From Eledone cirrhosa (taxonomy: Eukaryota): 64,000 nt of DNA. The translations under genes were made by a program, and so were the position numbers. The stretch spans positions 5,084,001 through 5,148,000 of the forward strand of contig OZ024743.1 in NCBI GenBank assembly GCA_964016885.1, given 5' to 3'. This document shows, piece after piece, positions 25,890 to 39,234 of this stretch; position 1 is the stretch's first letter; each line of letters begins with the position of its first letter. Under the pieces are notes generated by a model, which made no database searches, was not told where the DNA came from, and saw nothing but the letters and a program-made list of their open reading frames with translations.

Positions 25890-26258
25890 GTTTTATTTAA
25901 ATTGTTGGGTTACAACGAGTAAATATTTATAACTGATATAAAAGCACTCAACAAGTATTTGGAGTATATTTACGATATTAAATAAATGGAAACTATATTT
26001 ATAAAACCATATTTATTTCATTATATATATTTCAAGGATATCATATTAAAAATATTAAAAATATTAAAAACTACCAAATCAACTTTTTAAATGGAAGTTG
26101 AAGTTGTAAGGTATGTCAAATCTATCTATTTATAAGACTGTTTATATTGTATTTTGTCTGAAGAAGGCATACCATATTTTTAATATGATATCCCTGAAAT
26201 ATATATAATGAAATAAATATGGTTTTATAAATATAGTTTCCATTTATTTAATATCGTA
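25890..26258. mobile_element. Inverted PLE pLTR pair (family B) in (TA)n
   Basis: 25972-26053 is inverted at 26176-26258; homologous to 52455-52738. Confidence 0.75.
26150..26215 (+). ncRNA. Minimal type I hammerhead ribozyme
   Basis: tattttgt-CTGAAGA-agg..catat tttta atatg..cct-GAAA-tatata-TA-atgaaata; palindromic stem III. Confidence 0.78.
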
Positions 26259-26487
26259 TATATATATATATATATATAGGTGTGTGTGTATATATATACA
26301 CCTATATATATAAAGAAACATATATATATAAATATATATAGGTGTATATGCTGAGTATATAGGTGTATATATGTATATATATATATATATATATGAGTGC
26401 GCTGAGATACAACCGGTACTGGCATTGATAAATATGCTGGGCCCGTCAACCCTTATTATTATATATATATAATAAATATATATATAA

Positions 26488-26537
<50 letters not shown>

Positions 26538-26589
26538 CCTTGATTAAATCTTAACCATTTAACATCTCAGGGTATATCATGTATCATTA

Positions 26590-26644
26590 TATTTTGTCTG
26601 ATGAGGACGTACTGTTGTACATCCGAAATATGTATAATAAAATG
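26590..26644 (+). ncRNA. Minimal type I hammerhead ribozyme
   Basis: tattttgt-CTGATGA-ggacgtac tgtt gtacatcc-GAAA-tatgta-TA-ataaaatg. Confidence 0.82.
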
Positions 26645-26787
26645 TAATTGATCAAAAGAACATCTATTTTATTAATATTTGTATTTTAATATTAATAATC
26701 CCGGAAAATTATTTTTTCGTAGAGTGCTTCCAATCTACTGTAAAATTCATTCTTTGACATACTCATTGAATCTTGTTTAACACTTTA

Positions 26788-26833
<46 letters not shown>

Positions 26834-27029
26834 GTATGTGTACAGTTAGATAGATATGTCTCTTTATTAGCCACAGGGGCACAAATCAGTCACGTGCGAT
26901 GATCCCGTGAGTACACAAGTGAAACTCCAGAGTAGTAAGACTTTTCACTTAGCCACAATAAAAAATAATATTAAAATCTACTTCGCTACTGAGTACTCAG
27001 TATCACGTCCGCCAACATCACATCGCAAA

Positions 27030-27258
27030 AATATATATAATGTATATATATACAATGTATATATATACAATGTATATATATACAATGTATATATACACAA
27101 TGTATATATATATAATGTATATATATATAATGTATATATATATAATGTATATATATACATTATATATATATAATGTATATATATATAATGTATATATATA
27201 TAATGTATATATATATAATTATATATATATAATGTATATATATATAATGTATATATAT
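27030..27258. repeat. 15-bp AT-rich minisatellite (aatgtatatatatay)
   Basis: Directly visible. Confidence 0.9.
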
Positions 27259-27388
27259 AGAGAGAGAGAGGGGGGGGGAGAGGATTTCAGTTGCTAATGT
27301 ATTACTGTGTTGCCCGTTACATTCACTGTCATAGCCGACACGGACTGGAATCGGATTCTGTGGATCGATTGGTTATTGATTAGGCGAA

Positions 27389-27501
27389 ACCGGCTGATGA
27401 AGCCACATGCACCGATTGTGCACCGTTGCATAATAAATGCAGACAGTAGATGCTGTGCATCTTATTGGTGCATTAAGTGTGGCCGAAACTTGAGTACGGG
27501 T
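27389..27501 (+). ncRNA. Type I hammerhead ribozyme with a long stem II
   Basis: accgg-CTGATGA-agccaca..gcaccgat....attggtgc..tgtggcc-GAAA-cttgag-TA-cgggt. Confidence 0.68.
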
Positions 27502-27724
27502 ATAGATTTGAGGTACCCATTTACGTGTGTTGTATTGAAGCAAATAACTGTGTGTCTACCCTGGGGTTTTATATAACCTTACCTATTGAGTCCGCGGAGA
27601 AGCAACCGTGGGACATATAAAGGAAAGAGAAAACTCGGAAAAAGACAGACACATGAACAGTTCTCGCTCGTCGGCTGTCTTCTGGGAATCATAGTTTCCG
27701 ATGCTCCAAAAGACAGATTATATT

Positions 27725-27798
<74 letters not shown>

Positions 27799-27878
27799 TC
27801 ATATAGAAAGCCATTCTTAATTATATGTATGTGTATGTATGTATATATATGTATGCATTATATTATGTATATGTATAA

Positions 27879-28070
27879 GGGCGGTGGAATGGCAGTATCG
27901 GTAGAGAGTCGGACGCCATGCTTTGCAGCATAGTTACGTCCCTTTACGGTCTGAGTTCAAATCCCACCGAGGTTAACTTTGCCTTTCATCCTTACGGGGT
28001 CGATAAAATAAAGTACCAGTAATGCACTGGGTAATTGCTGGCCTTGTGCCTAAAGTAGAAACAATTATTA
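27879..28070 (+). mobile_element. Full-length tRNA-derived SINE
   Basis: Pol III A box TGGCAGTATCGG and B box GAGTTCAAATCCC; the central segment resembles the Meta/Sauria-SINE core; AT-rich tail. Confidence 0.9.
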
Positions 28071-28201
28071 CGTATTGTATATGGATAGAGAGATAGATAG
28101 ATTGATAGATGGATAGATAAATATGCTGGCGTGATTGTATGATGATGCAGTTAGCTTTCGGTTCAGTTCCAATGCGACGCAACTTGACCCCGCCTTACAT
28201 A

Positions 28202-28329
28202 CAGAGTGTCCCCTAACTTTGGTCACACAGGCAAAATGCATATTTTCAATACAAAAAATTCAGCAACATTTTTTTTAACATCTTCATTGTGATTTCCAGC
28301 ATTTCCCTCCAGACTTTAGAGACAACCTG
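28202..28329. mobile_element. Tc1/mariner-type MITE
   Basis: TA|cagagtgtcccctaa ... ttagagacaacctg|TA. Confidence 0.65.
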
Positions 28330-28334
28330 TATAT

Positions 28335-28365
<31 letters not shown>

Positions 28366-28486
28366 CACACTCACACTCACACACACACACACACACACAC
28401 ACATATAATTATATACATATATATATAATTCGTTTTTTAATTTGTTTTGCGAGATTTCTTATCTGAAAACGTCTGTTGAAACAGAT

Positions 28487-28678
28487 ATTGTTATACTTTG
28501 GGAGGGTCATGTTGTTATACTTTGGGAGGGTCATGTTGTTATACTTTGGGAGGGTCATGTTGTTATACTTTGGGAGGGTCATGTTGTTATACTTTGGGAG
28601 GGTCATGTTGTTATACTTTGGGAGGGTCATGTTGTTATACTTTGGGAGGGTCATGTTGTTATACTTTAGGAGGGTCAT
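28487..28678. repeat. 24-bp tandem repeat x8 (gttatactttgggagggtcatgtt)
   Basis: Single-copy in the other pLTR copies (19675-19700, 21363-21388). Confidence 0.93.
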
Positions 28679-28742
28679 ACTGCCAATAAGAAACACACGC
28701 ACCTGTGGTTTCACTTCAATTTATTATAAGTTTCCAGTTGCT

Positions 28743-29744
28743 TGGTGGGTTGGTTGGTTGGGTGGGTGGTTGGGTGGTTAGTTGGTTGGTTGGGTGGTTG
28801 TTTGGGTGGGTGGTTGGGTGGTTCGGAAGTTGGGTGGTTGGCTGGGTGGTTGGGTGAGTGGTTGATTGGTTGTTTGGTTGGGTGGTTGGTTGGTTGGTTG
28901 GGTGGTTTGGTGGGTAGTTGGGTGGTTGGGTGGGTGGTTGGTTAGTTGGTTGGGTGATTGGGTGGTTTGGTGGGTAGTTGGGTGGTTGGGTGGGTGGTTG
29001 GTTGGTTGGTTGGGTGGTTGGTTGGTTGGGTGGTTGGGTGGTTGGGTGGTTGGTTGGGTGGGTGGTTGGTTGGGTGGTTGATATGTTGGTTGGTTGGTTG
29101 GTTTGTTGGGTGGTTGGTTGATTGGTTGGGTGGTTGGGTGGGTGGTTGGGTGGGTGGTTGGTTGGTTGGGTGGTTAGCTGGTTGGTTGGTTGGGTGGGTG
29201 TTTGGTTGGTTGGGTGGTTGGGTGGGTGGTTGGGTGGTTGTTTGGTTGGTTGGGTGGGTCATTGGTTGGGTGGTTGGTTGGTTTGGTGGGTGGTTGGTTG
29301 GGTGGTTGTTTGGGTGGTTGCGTGGTTGGTTGGTTGTTTTGTGGGGTGGGTGGTTGGTTGGTTGGGTGGTTGGTTGGTTGGTTGGGTGGTTGGTTGGTTG
29401 GGTGGTTGGTTGGTTTGGTGGGTGGTTGGTTGGGTGGTTAGTTGGGTGGTTGCGTGGTTGGTTGGTTGTTTTGTGGGGTGGGTAGTTGGTTGGTTTGGTG
29501 GGTGGTTGGTTAGTTGGTTGGTTGGGTGGTTGGTTGGTTGGATGGGTGGTTGGCTGGTTGGTTGGTTGGTTGGTTGGTTGGTTGGTTGGTTGGTTGGGTG
29601 GTTGGGTGGTTGGTTGGGTGGTTGGTTGGTTGGGTGGTGGGTTGGTTGGGTGGTAGGGTGGTTGGTTGGTTGGTTGGGTGGTTGGTTGGGTGGTTGGGTG
29701 GTTGGTTGGTGGGTTGGTTGGGTGAGTGGTTGCTTGGGTGGTTG

Positions 29745-29776
<32 letters not shown>

Positions 29777-29977
29777 GGTGGTTGTGTGGCTCGTCGGTTG
29801 GGTGGTTGTTTGTTTGGTTGCTTGGGTGGTTGGTTGGGTGGTTGGTTGGTTTGTTGGGTGGTTGTTTGTTTGGTTGCTTGGGTGGTTGGTTGGTTGGTTG
29901 GTTGGGTGGTAGGTTGGTTGGTTGGGTGGTTGGTTGGGTGGTTGGTTGGTTGGGTGGGTGTTTGGGTTGTTGGTTGG

Positions 29978-30009
<32 letters not shown>

Positions 30010-32244
30010 TTGGTTGGTTGGTTGGGTGGTTGGTTGGGTGGTTCGGTGGTTGGGTGGTGGGCTGGGTGGTTGGGTGAGTGGTTGATTGGTTGTTTGTTTG
30101 GGTGGTTGGGTGGGTGGTTGGGTGGGTGGTTGGGTGGTTTGTTGGGTGGTTGGGTGGTTGCGTGGTTGGTTGGGTGGGTGGTTGGTTGGGTGGTTGGTAT
30201 GTTGGTTGGTTGGTTGGTTTGTTGGGTGGTTGGTTGGTTGGTTGGGTGGTTGGGTGGGTGGTTGGGTGGTTGGTTGGTTGGTTAGGTGGTTGGGTGGTTG
30301 GGTGGGTGGTTGGTTGGGTGGTTAGCTGGTTGGTTGGTTGGGTGGGTGGTTGGTTGGTTGGGTGGGTCATTGGTTGGTTGGTTGGTTGGGTGGTTGGTTG
30401 GTTTGGTGGTTGGTTGGTTGGTTGGTTGGGTGGTTGGTTGGGTGGTTGCGTGGTTGGTTGGTTGTTTTGTGGGGTGGGTGGTTGGTTGGTTTGATGGGTG
30501 GTTGGTTGGTTGGGTGGGTGGTTGGTTGGTTGGGTGGTTGGTTGGTTGGTTGGGTGGGTGGTTGGGTGGGTGGTTGGTTGGTTGGTTGGTTTGTTGGGTG
30601 GTTGGGTGGTTGCGTGGTTGGTTGGGTGGGTGGTTGGTTGGGTGGTTGGTATGTTGGTTGGTTGGTTGGTTGGTTGGTTGGTTGGTTGGGTGGTTGGGTG
30701 GGTGGTTGGGTGGTTGGTTGGTTGGTTGGTTGGTTAGGTGGTTGGGTGGTTGGGTGGGTGGTTGGTTGGGTGGTTAGCTGGTTGGTTGGTTGGGTGGGTG
30801 GTTGGTTGGTTGGGTGGGTCATTGGTTGGGTGGTTGGTTGGTTGGGTGGTTGGTTGGTTTGGTGGTTGGTTGGTTGGTTGGTTGGGTGGTTGGTTGGGTG
30901 GTTGCGTGGTTGGTTGGTTGTTTTGTGGGGTGGGTGGTTAGTTGGTTTGATGGGTGGTTGGTTGGGTGGGTGGTTGGTTGGTTGGGTGGTTGGTTGGTTG
31001 GGTGGTTGGTTGGTTGGTTGGTTGGGTGGGTGGTTGGGTGGGTGGTTAGTTGGTTGGTTGGTTCGGTGGTTGGTTGGTTGGTTGGTTGGGTGGGTGGTTG
31101 GGTGGGTGGTTAGTTGGTTGGTTGGTTCGGTGGTTGGTTGGTTGGTTGGTTGGTTGGTATGTTGGTTGGTTGGTTGGTTGGGTTGTTGGTTGGTTGGTTG
31201 GTTGGGTGGTTGGGTGGTTGGCTGGGTGGTTGGGTGAGTGGTTGATTGGTTGTTTGGTTGGGTGGTTGGTTGGTTGGTTGGTTGGGTGGTTTGGTGGGTA
31301 GTTGGGTGGTTGGGTGGGTAGTTGGGTGGTTGGGTGGGTGGTTGGTTAGTTGGTTGGGTGATTGGGTGGTTTGGTGGGTAGTTGGGTGGTTGGGTGGGTG
31401 GTTGGTTAGTTGGTTGGGTGATTGGGTGGTTTGGTGGGTAGTTGGGTGGTTGAGTGGGTGGTTGGTTGGTTGGTTGAGTGGTTGGGTGGTTGGTTGGTTG
31501 GGTGGTTGGGTGGTTGGTTGGGTGGGTGGTTGGTTGGGTGGTTGATATGTTGGTTGGTTGGTTGGTTTGTTGGGTGGTTGGTTGATTGGTTGGGTGGTTG
31601 GGTGGGTGGTTGGGTGGGTGGTTGGTTGGTTGGGTGGTTAGCTGGTTGGTTGGTTGGGTGGGTGTTTGGTTGGTTGGGTGGTTGGGTGGGTGGTTGGGTG
31701 GTTGTTTGGTTGGTTGGGTGGGTCATTGGTTGGGTGGTTGGTTGGTTTGGTGGGTGGTTGGTTGGGTGGTTGTTTGGGTGGTTGCGTGGTTGGTTGGTTG
31801 TTTTGTGGGGTGGGTGGTTGGTTGGTTGGGTGGTTGGTTGGTTGGTTGGGTGGTTGGTTGGTTGGGTGGTTGGTTGGTTTGGTGGGTGGTTGGTTGGGTG
31901 GTTAGTTGGGTGGTTGCGTGGTTGGTTGGTTGTTTTGTGGGGTGGGTAGTTGGTTGGTTTGGTGGGTGGTTGGTTAGTTGGTTGGTTGGGTGGGTGGTTG
32001 GTTGGTTGGGTGGTTGGTTGGTTGGATGGGTGGTTGGCTGGTTGGTTGGTTGGGTGGTTGGTTGGTTGGTTGGTTGGTTGGGTGGTTGGTTGGGTGGTTG
32101 GTTGGTTGGGTGGTGGGTTGGTTGGGTGGTAGGGTGGTTGGTTGGTTGGTTGGGTGGTTGGTTGGGTGGTTGGGTGGTTGGTTGGTGGGTTGGTTGGGTG
32201 AGTGGCTGCTTGGGTGGTTGGTTGGTTGGGTGGTTGGTTGGTTG

Positions 32245-32276
<32 letters not shown>

Positions 32277-35215
32277 GGTGGTTGTGTGGCTCGTCGGTTG
32301 GGTGGTTGTTTGTTTGGTTGCTTGGGTGGTTGCTTGGGTGGTTGGTTGGTTTGTTGGGTGGTTGTTTGTTTGGTTGCTTGGGTGGTTGGTTGGTTGGTTG
32401 GGTGGGTGGTTGGTTGGTTGGTTAGGTGGTTGGTTGGTTGGGTGGTTGGTTGGTTGGTTGGTTGGGTGGTTGGTTGGTTGGGTGGGTGTGTGGTTGGTTG
32501 GTTTGTTGGTTGGTTGGTTGGTTGGGTGGGTGGTTGGGTGGTTGGTTAGTTGGTTGGTTGGGTGGTTGGTTGGTTGGCTGGTTGGTTGGTTGGTTGGTTG
32601 GTTGGTTGGTTGGGTAGTTGGTTGGTTGGGTGGTTGGGTAGTTGGTTGGTTGGGTGGTTGGGTGGGTGGTTGGTTGGTTTGTTGGGTGGTTGGGTGGTTG
32701 CGTGGTTGGTTGGGTGGGTGGTTGGTTGGGTGGTTGGTATGTTGGTTGGTTGGTTGGTTTGTTGGGTGGTTGGTTGGGTGGTTGGGTGGGTGGTTGGGTG
32801 GTTGGTTGGTTGGTTGGTTGGTTAGGTGGTTGGGTGGTTGGGTGGGTGGTTGGTTGGGTGGTTAGCTGGTTGGTTGGTTGGGTGGGTGGTTGGTTGGTTG
32901 GGTGGGTCATTGGTTGGTTGGTTGGGTGGTTGGTTGGTTGGGTGGTTGGTTGGTTTGGTGGTTGGTTGGTTGGTTGGTTGGGTGGTTGGTTGGGTGGTTG
33001 CGTGGTTGGTTGGTTGTTTTGTGGGGTGGGTGGTTGGTTGGTTTGATGGGTGGTTGGTTGGTTGGGTGGGTGGTTGGTTGGTTGGGTGGTTGGTTGGTTG
33101 GGTGGTTGGTTGGTTGGTTGGGTGGGTGGTTGGGTGGGTGGTTGGTTGGTTTGTTGGGTGGTTGGGTGGTTGCGTGGTTGGTTGGGTGGGTGGTTGGTTG
33201 GGTGGTTGGTATGTTGGTTGGTTGGTTGGTTTGTTGGGTGGTTGGTTGGTTGGTTGGGTGGTTGGGTGGGTGGTTGGGTGGTTGGGTGGGTGGTTGGTTG
33301 GGTGGTTAGCTGGTTGGTTGGTTGGGTGGGTCATTGGTTGGTTGGTTGGGTGGTTGGTTGGTTGGGTGGTTGGTTGGTTTGGTGGTTGGTTGGTTGGTTG
33401 GTTGGGTGGTTGGTTGGGTGGTTGCGTGGTTGGTTGGTTGTTTTGTGGGGTGGGTGGTTGGTTGGTTTGATGGGTGGTTGGTTGGTTGGGTGGGTGGTTG
33501 GTTGGTTGGGTGGTTGGTTGGTTGGGTGGTTGGTTGGTTGGTTGGGTGGGTGGTTGGGTGGGTGGTTAGTTGGTTGGTTGGTTCGGTGGTTGGTTGGTTG
33601 GTTGGTTGGGTGGGTGGTTGGGTGGGTGGTTAGTTGGTTGGTTGGTTGGGTGGGTGGTTGGGTGGGTGGTTAGTTGGTTGGTTGGTTCGGTGGTTGGTTG
33701 GTTGGTTGGGTGGGTGGGTGGTTGGGTGGGTGGTTAGTTGGTTGGTTGGTTGGGTGGGTGGTTGGGTGGGTGGTTGGTTGGTTGGTTGGTTCGGTGGTTG
33801 GTTGGTTGGTTGGTTGGGTGGGTGGTTGGGTGGGTGGTTAGTTGGTTGGTTGGTTGGGTGGGTGGTTGGGTGGGTGGTTGGTTGGTTGGTTGGTTCGGTG
33901 GTTGGTTGGTTGGTTGGTTGGGTGGGTGGTTGGGTGGGTGGTTAGTTGGTTGGTTGGTTGGGTGGGTGGTTGGGTGGTTGGTTGGTTGGTTGGTTGGTTG
34001 GTATGTTGGTTGGTTGGTTGGTTGGGTTGTTGGTTGGTTGGTTGGTTGGGTGGTTGGGTGGTTGGCTGGGTGGTTGGGTGAGTGGTTGATTGGTTGTTTG
34101 GTTGGGTGGTTGGTTGGTTGGTTGGTTGGGTGGTTTGGTGGGTAGTTGGGTGGTTGGGTGGGTAGTTGGGTGGTTGGGTGTGTGGTTGGTTAGTTGGTTG
34201 GGTGATTGGGTGGTTTGGTGGGTAGTTGGGTGGTTGGGTGGGTGGTTGGTTGGTTGGTTGAGTGGTTGGGTGGTTGGTTGAGTGGGTGGTTGGTTGGGTG
34301 GGTGGTTGGTTGGGTGGTTGATATGTTGGTTGGTTGGTTGGTTTGTTGGGTGGTTGGTTGATTGGTTGGGTGGTTGGGTGGGTGGTTGGTTGGTTGGGTG
34401 GTTAGCTGGTTGGTTGGTTGGGTGGGTGTTTGGTTGGTTGGGTGGTTGGGTGGGTGGTTGGGTGGTTGTTTGGTTGGTTGGGTGGGTCATTGGTTGGGTG
34501 GTTGGTTGGTTTGGTGGGTGGTTGGTTGGATGGTTGTTTGGGTGGTTGCGTGGTTGGTTGGTTGTTTTGTGGGGTGGGTGGTTGGTTGGTTGGGTGGTTG
34601 GTTGGTTGGTTGGGTGGTTGGTTGGTTGGGTGGTTGGTTGGTTTGGTGGGTGGTTGGTTGGGTGGTTAGTTGGGTGGTTGCGTGGTTGGTTGGTTGTTTT
34701 GTGGGGTGGGTGGTTGGTTGGTTTGGTGGGTGGTTGGTTGGTTGGTTGGTTGGGTGGGTGGTTGGTTGGTTGGGTGGTTGGTTGGTTGGATGGGTGGTTG
34801 GCTGGTTGGTTGGTTGGTTGGGTGGGTGGTTGGTTGGGTGGTTGGTATGTTGGTTGGTTGGTTGGTTGGTTTGTTGGGTGGTTGGTTGGTTGGTTGGGTG
34901 GTTGGTTGGGTGGTTGGTTCGTTGGGTGGTTGGTTGGGTGGGTGGGTGGTTGGTTGGTTTGTTGGTTGGTTGGTTGGTTGGGTGGGTGGTTGGGTGGTTG
35001 GTTAGTTGGTTGGTTGGGTGGTTGGTTGGTTGGTTGGTTGTTTGGTTGGTTGGTTGGTTGGTTGGGTAGTTGGTTGGTTGGGTGGTTGGTAGGTGGTTGG
35101 TTGGGTGGTTGGGTGGGTGGGTGGTTGTTTGGGTGGTTGGTTGGTTGGTTGGGTGGTTGGTTGGGTGGTTGGTTGGTTGGGTGGTTGGTTCGGTGGTTGG
35201 TTGGTTGGGTGGTTG

Positions 35216-35247
<32 letters not shown>

Positions 35248-37193
35248 GGTGGGTGGTTGGTTGGTTGGTTGGGTGGTTGGTTGGGTGGGTGGTTGGTTGG
35301 TTGGTTGGTTCGGTGGTTGGTTGGTTCGGTGGGTGGTTGGTTGGTTGGTTGGGTGGTTTCTTGGTTGGTTGGTTGGTTGGTTGGTTGGTTGGTTGGGTTG
35401 TTGGTTGGTTGGTTGGTTGGGTGGGTGGTTGGTTGGTTGGTTAGGTGGTTGGTTGGTTGGGTGGTTGGTTGGTTGGTTGGTTGGTGGGGTGGTTGGGTGG
35501 TTGGGTGGTTGGTTGGGTGGTTGGTTCGTTGGGTGGTTGGTTGGGTGGGTGGGTGGTTGGTTGGTTTGTTGGTTGGTTGGTTGGTTGGGTGGGTGGTTGG
35601 GTGGTTGGTTAGTTGGTTGGTTGGGTGGTTGGTTGGTTGGCTGGTTGGTTGGTTGGTTGGTTGGTTGGGTGGTTGGTTGGTTGGTTGGGTAGTTGGTTGG
35701 TTGGGTGGTTGGGTAGTTGGTCGGGTGGTTGGTTGGTTGGTAGGTTGGTTGGTTGGGTGGTTGGTTGGGTGGTTGGTTGGGTGGTTGGTTGGGTGGTTGG
35801 TTGGTGGGTGGGTGTTTGTGTTGTTGGTTGTTTGGTTGGTTGGTTGGTTGGTTGGGTGGGTGGTTGGGTGGGTGGTTGGTTGGTTGGGTGGTTGGTTGGG
35901 TGGTTCGGTGGTTGGGTGGTGGGCTGGGTGGTTGGGTGAGTGGTTGGTTGGTTAGGTGGTTGGTTGGGTGGGTGGTTGGGTGGGTGGTTGGTTGGTTGGG
36001 TGGTTAGCTGGTTGGTTGGTTGGGTGGGTGTTTGGTTGGTTGGGTGGGTCATTGGTTGGTTGGTTGGGTGGCTGGTTGGTTTGGTGGTTGGTTGGTTGGT
36101 TGGTTGGTTGGGTGGTTGGTTGGGTGGTTGCGTGGTTGGTTGGTTGTTTTGTGGGGTGGGTGGTTGGTTGGTTTGATGGGTGGTTGGTTGGTTGGGTTGT
36201 TGGTTGGTTGGTTGGGTGGGTGGTTGGTTGGTTGGTTAGGTGGTTGGTTGGTTGGGTGGTTGGTTGGTTGGTTGGTTGGGTGGTTGGTTGGTTGGTTGGG
36301 TGGTTGGTTGGTTGGGTGGGTGTGTGGTTGGTTGGTTTGTTGGTTGGTTGGTTGGTTGGGTGGGTGGTTGGGTGGTTGGTTAGTTGGTTGGTTGGGTGGT
36401 TGGTTGGTTGGCTGGTTGGTTGGTTGGTTGGTTGGTTGGTTGGGTGGTTGGTTGGTTGGGTAGTTGGTTGGTTGGGTGGTTGGGTAGTTGGTTGGTTGGG
36501 TGGTTGGGTGGGTAGTTGGTTGGTTGGTTGTGTGGTTGGGTAGTTGGTTGGTTGGGTGGTTGGGTGGGTGGTTGTGTGGTTGGTTGGTTGGTTGGGTGGT
36601 TGGTTGGGTGGTTGGGTTGTTGGGTGGGTGGTTGGGTGGTTGGGTGGTTGGGTGGTTGGTTGGGTGGGTGGTTGGTTTTTTGGGTGGTTGGTTGTTGGTT
36701 GGGTGGTTGGTTGGTTGGTTGGTTGGGTGGTTGGTTGGTTGGTTGGTTTTTGGTATGTTGGTTGGTTGGTTGGTTGGGTTGTTGGTTGGTTGGTTGGTTG
36801 GGTGGGTGGTTGGTTGGTTGGTTAGGTGGTTGGTTGGTTGGGTGGTTGGTTGATTGGTTGGTTGGTTGGGTGGTTGTTTGGTTGGTTGGTTGGGTGGTTG
36901 GTTGGTTGGTTGTTTGGTTGGTTGGTTGGTTGGGTGGTTGGTTGGGTGGTTGGTTGGTTGGTAGGTTGGTTGGTTAGGTGGTTGGTTGGGTGGTTGGTTG
37001 GTTGGGTGGTTGGTTGTTTGGGTGGGTGTTTGGGTTGTTGGTTAGTTGGTTGGTTGGTTGGTTGGGTGGTTGGTTGGGTGGGTGGTTGGTTGGTTGGTTG
37101 GTTGGTTGGGTGGTTGGGTGGGTGGTTGGGTGGTTGGGTGGGTGATTGGGTGGGTGGTTGGTTGGTTTGTTGGGTGGTTGGGTGGTTGCGTGG

Positions 37194-37225
<32 letters not shown>

Positions 37226-39234
37226 TTGGTTGGGTGGTTGGTATGTTGGTTGGTTGGTTGGTTTGTTGGGTGGTTGGTTGGTTGGTTGGTTGGGTGGTTG
37301 GGTGGGTGGTTGGGTGGTTGGTTGCTTGGGTGGTTGGTTGGTTGGTTGGTTAGGTGGTTGGTTGGGTGGGTGGTTGCATCGGTGGTTCGTTGGTTGGGTG
37401 GTTAGCTGGTTGGTTGGTTGGGTGGGTGGTTGGTTGGTTGGGTGGGTCAGTGGTTGGTTGGTTGGGTGGCTGGTTGGTTGGGTGGGTGGTTGGTTGGTTG
37501 GGTGGTTGGTTGGTTTGGTGGTTGGTTGGTTGGTTGGTTGGGTGGTTGGTTGGGTGGTTGCGTGGTTGGTTGGTTGTTTTGTGGGGTGGGTGGTTGGTTG
37601 GTTTGATGGGTGGTTGGTTGGTTGGTCCGTTGGGTGGGTGGTTGGTTGGTTGATAGTGTGGTTGGTTGGTTGGTTGGGTGGTTGGTTGGTTGGGTGGGTG
37701 GGTGGGTGGTTGGTTGGGTGGGTGGGTGGGTGGGTGGTTGGTTGGTTGGGTGGTTGGTTGGTTGGGTGGTTGGTTGTTGGTTGGTTGGGTGGGTAGTTGG
37801 TTGGGTGGGTGGGTGGGTGGTTGGAAGGGTGGGTGGTTGGTTGGGTGGGTGGTTGGTGTGTTGGTTGGTTGGTTGGTTGGTTGGTTGGTTGGTTGGTTGG
37901 TTGGTTGGGTGGTTGGTTGGTTGGGTGGTTGGTTGGGTGGCTGGTTGGTTGGTTGGGTGGGTGGTGGGTTGGTTGGGTGGTTGGGTGGTTGGTTGGGTGG
38001 TTGGTTGGGTGGTTGGTTGGTTGGTTGGGTGGGTGGGTGGTTGGTTGGTTGGGTGGTTGGTTGGTTGGTTGTTTGGGTGGTTGTGTGGCTCGTTGGTTGG
38101 GTGGTTGGTTGGTTGGTTGGGTGGTTGTTTGTTTGGTTGCTTGGGTGGTTGCTTGGTTGTGTGGTTGGTTGGTTGGTTAGGTGGTTGGTATGTTGGTTGG
38201 GTGGTTGGTTGCTTGGTTGGTTGGTTGGTTGGTTGGTTGGTTGGTTGGTTGGTTGGTTGGTTGGTTGGTTGGTTGGTTGGTTGGGTGTGTTGTTGTTTGG
38301 TTGGTTGGGTGGTTGGTTGGTTGGTTGGTTGGGTGTGTGGTTGGTTGGGTGGTTGGGTGGTTGGGTGGTTGGTTGGGTGGTTGGGTGGTTGGGTGGTTGG
38401 TTGGTTGGTTGGTTGGGTGTGTGGTTGGTTGGTTGGGTGGTTGGTTGGTTGGGTGGGTGGTTGGTTGGTTGGTTGGTTGGTTGGGTGGGTGGTTGGTTGG
38501 GTGGTTGGTTGGTTGGTTGGTTGGTTGGTTGGTTGGTTGGGTGTGTGGTTGGTTGGTTGGTTGGTTGGGTGGGTGGTTGGGTGGTTGGGTGGGTGGTTGG
38601 TTGGTTGGCTGGTTGGTTGGTTGGGTGGTTGGTTGGTTGGGTGGGTGGTTGGTTGGTTGAGTGTGTGGTTGGTTGGTTGGTTGGTTTGTTGGGTGGGTGG
38701 TTGGGTGGGTGGTTGGGTGTGTGGTTGGTTGGTTGGTTGGGTGGTTGGTTGGTTGGGTGGGTAGTTGTTTGGTTGGTTTGTTGGTTTGTTGGGTGGTTGG
38801 TTGGTTGGTTGGGTGGGTGGGTGGGTGGTTGGGTGGTTGGGTGGTTGGTTGGTTGGTTGGTTGGTTGGGTGGGTGGTTGGTTGGTTGGGTGGGTGGTTGG
38901 TTGGAAGGTTGGATGGGTGGTTGGTTGGGTGAGTGGTTGGTTGGTTGGTTGGTTGGTTGGTTGGTTGGTTGGGTGGTTGCGTGTTTGGTTGGTTGGTTGG
39001 GTGGTTGGCTGGTTGGTTGGTTGGGTGGTTGGTTGGTTGGGTGGCTGGTTGGTTTGTTGGTTGGGTGGTGGGTTGGTTGGGTGGTTAGGTGGTTGGTTGG
39101 TTGGGTGGTTGGTTTGGTGGTTGGTTGGTTGGGTGGGTGGTTGGTTTGTTGGTTGGGTGGTGGGTTGGTTGGGTGGTTAGGTGGTTGGTTGGTTGGGTGG
39201 TTGGTTTGGTGGTTGGTTGGTTGGGTGGGTGGTT
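28743..39234. repeat. 10.5-kb (GGTT/GGGT)n tetranucleotide array with higher-order duplications
   Basis: Directly visible; the landmark gatatgttgg recurs at ~29080, ~31544 and ~34320. Confidence 0.97.

Noticed and set aside
28743-39234. Array as telomeric repeat
   Set aside because: The unit is GGTT/GGGT rather than TTAGGG, and it is internal to a pLTR
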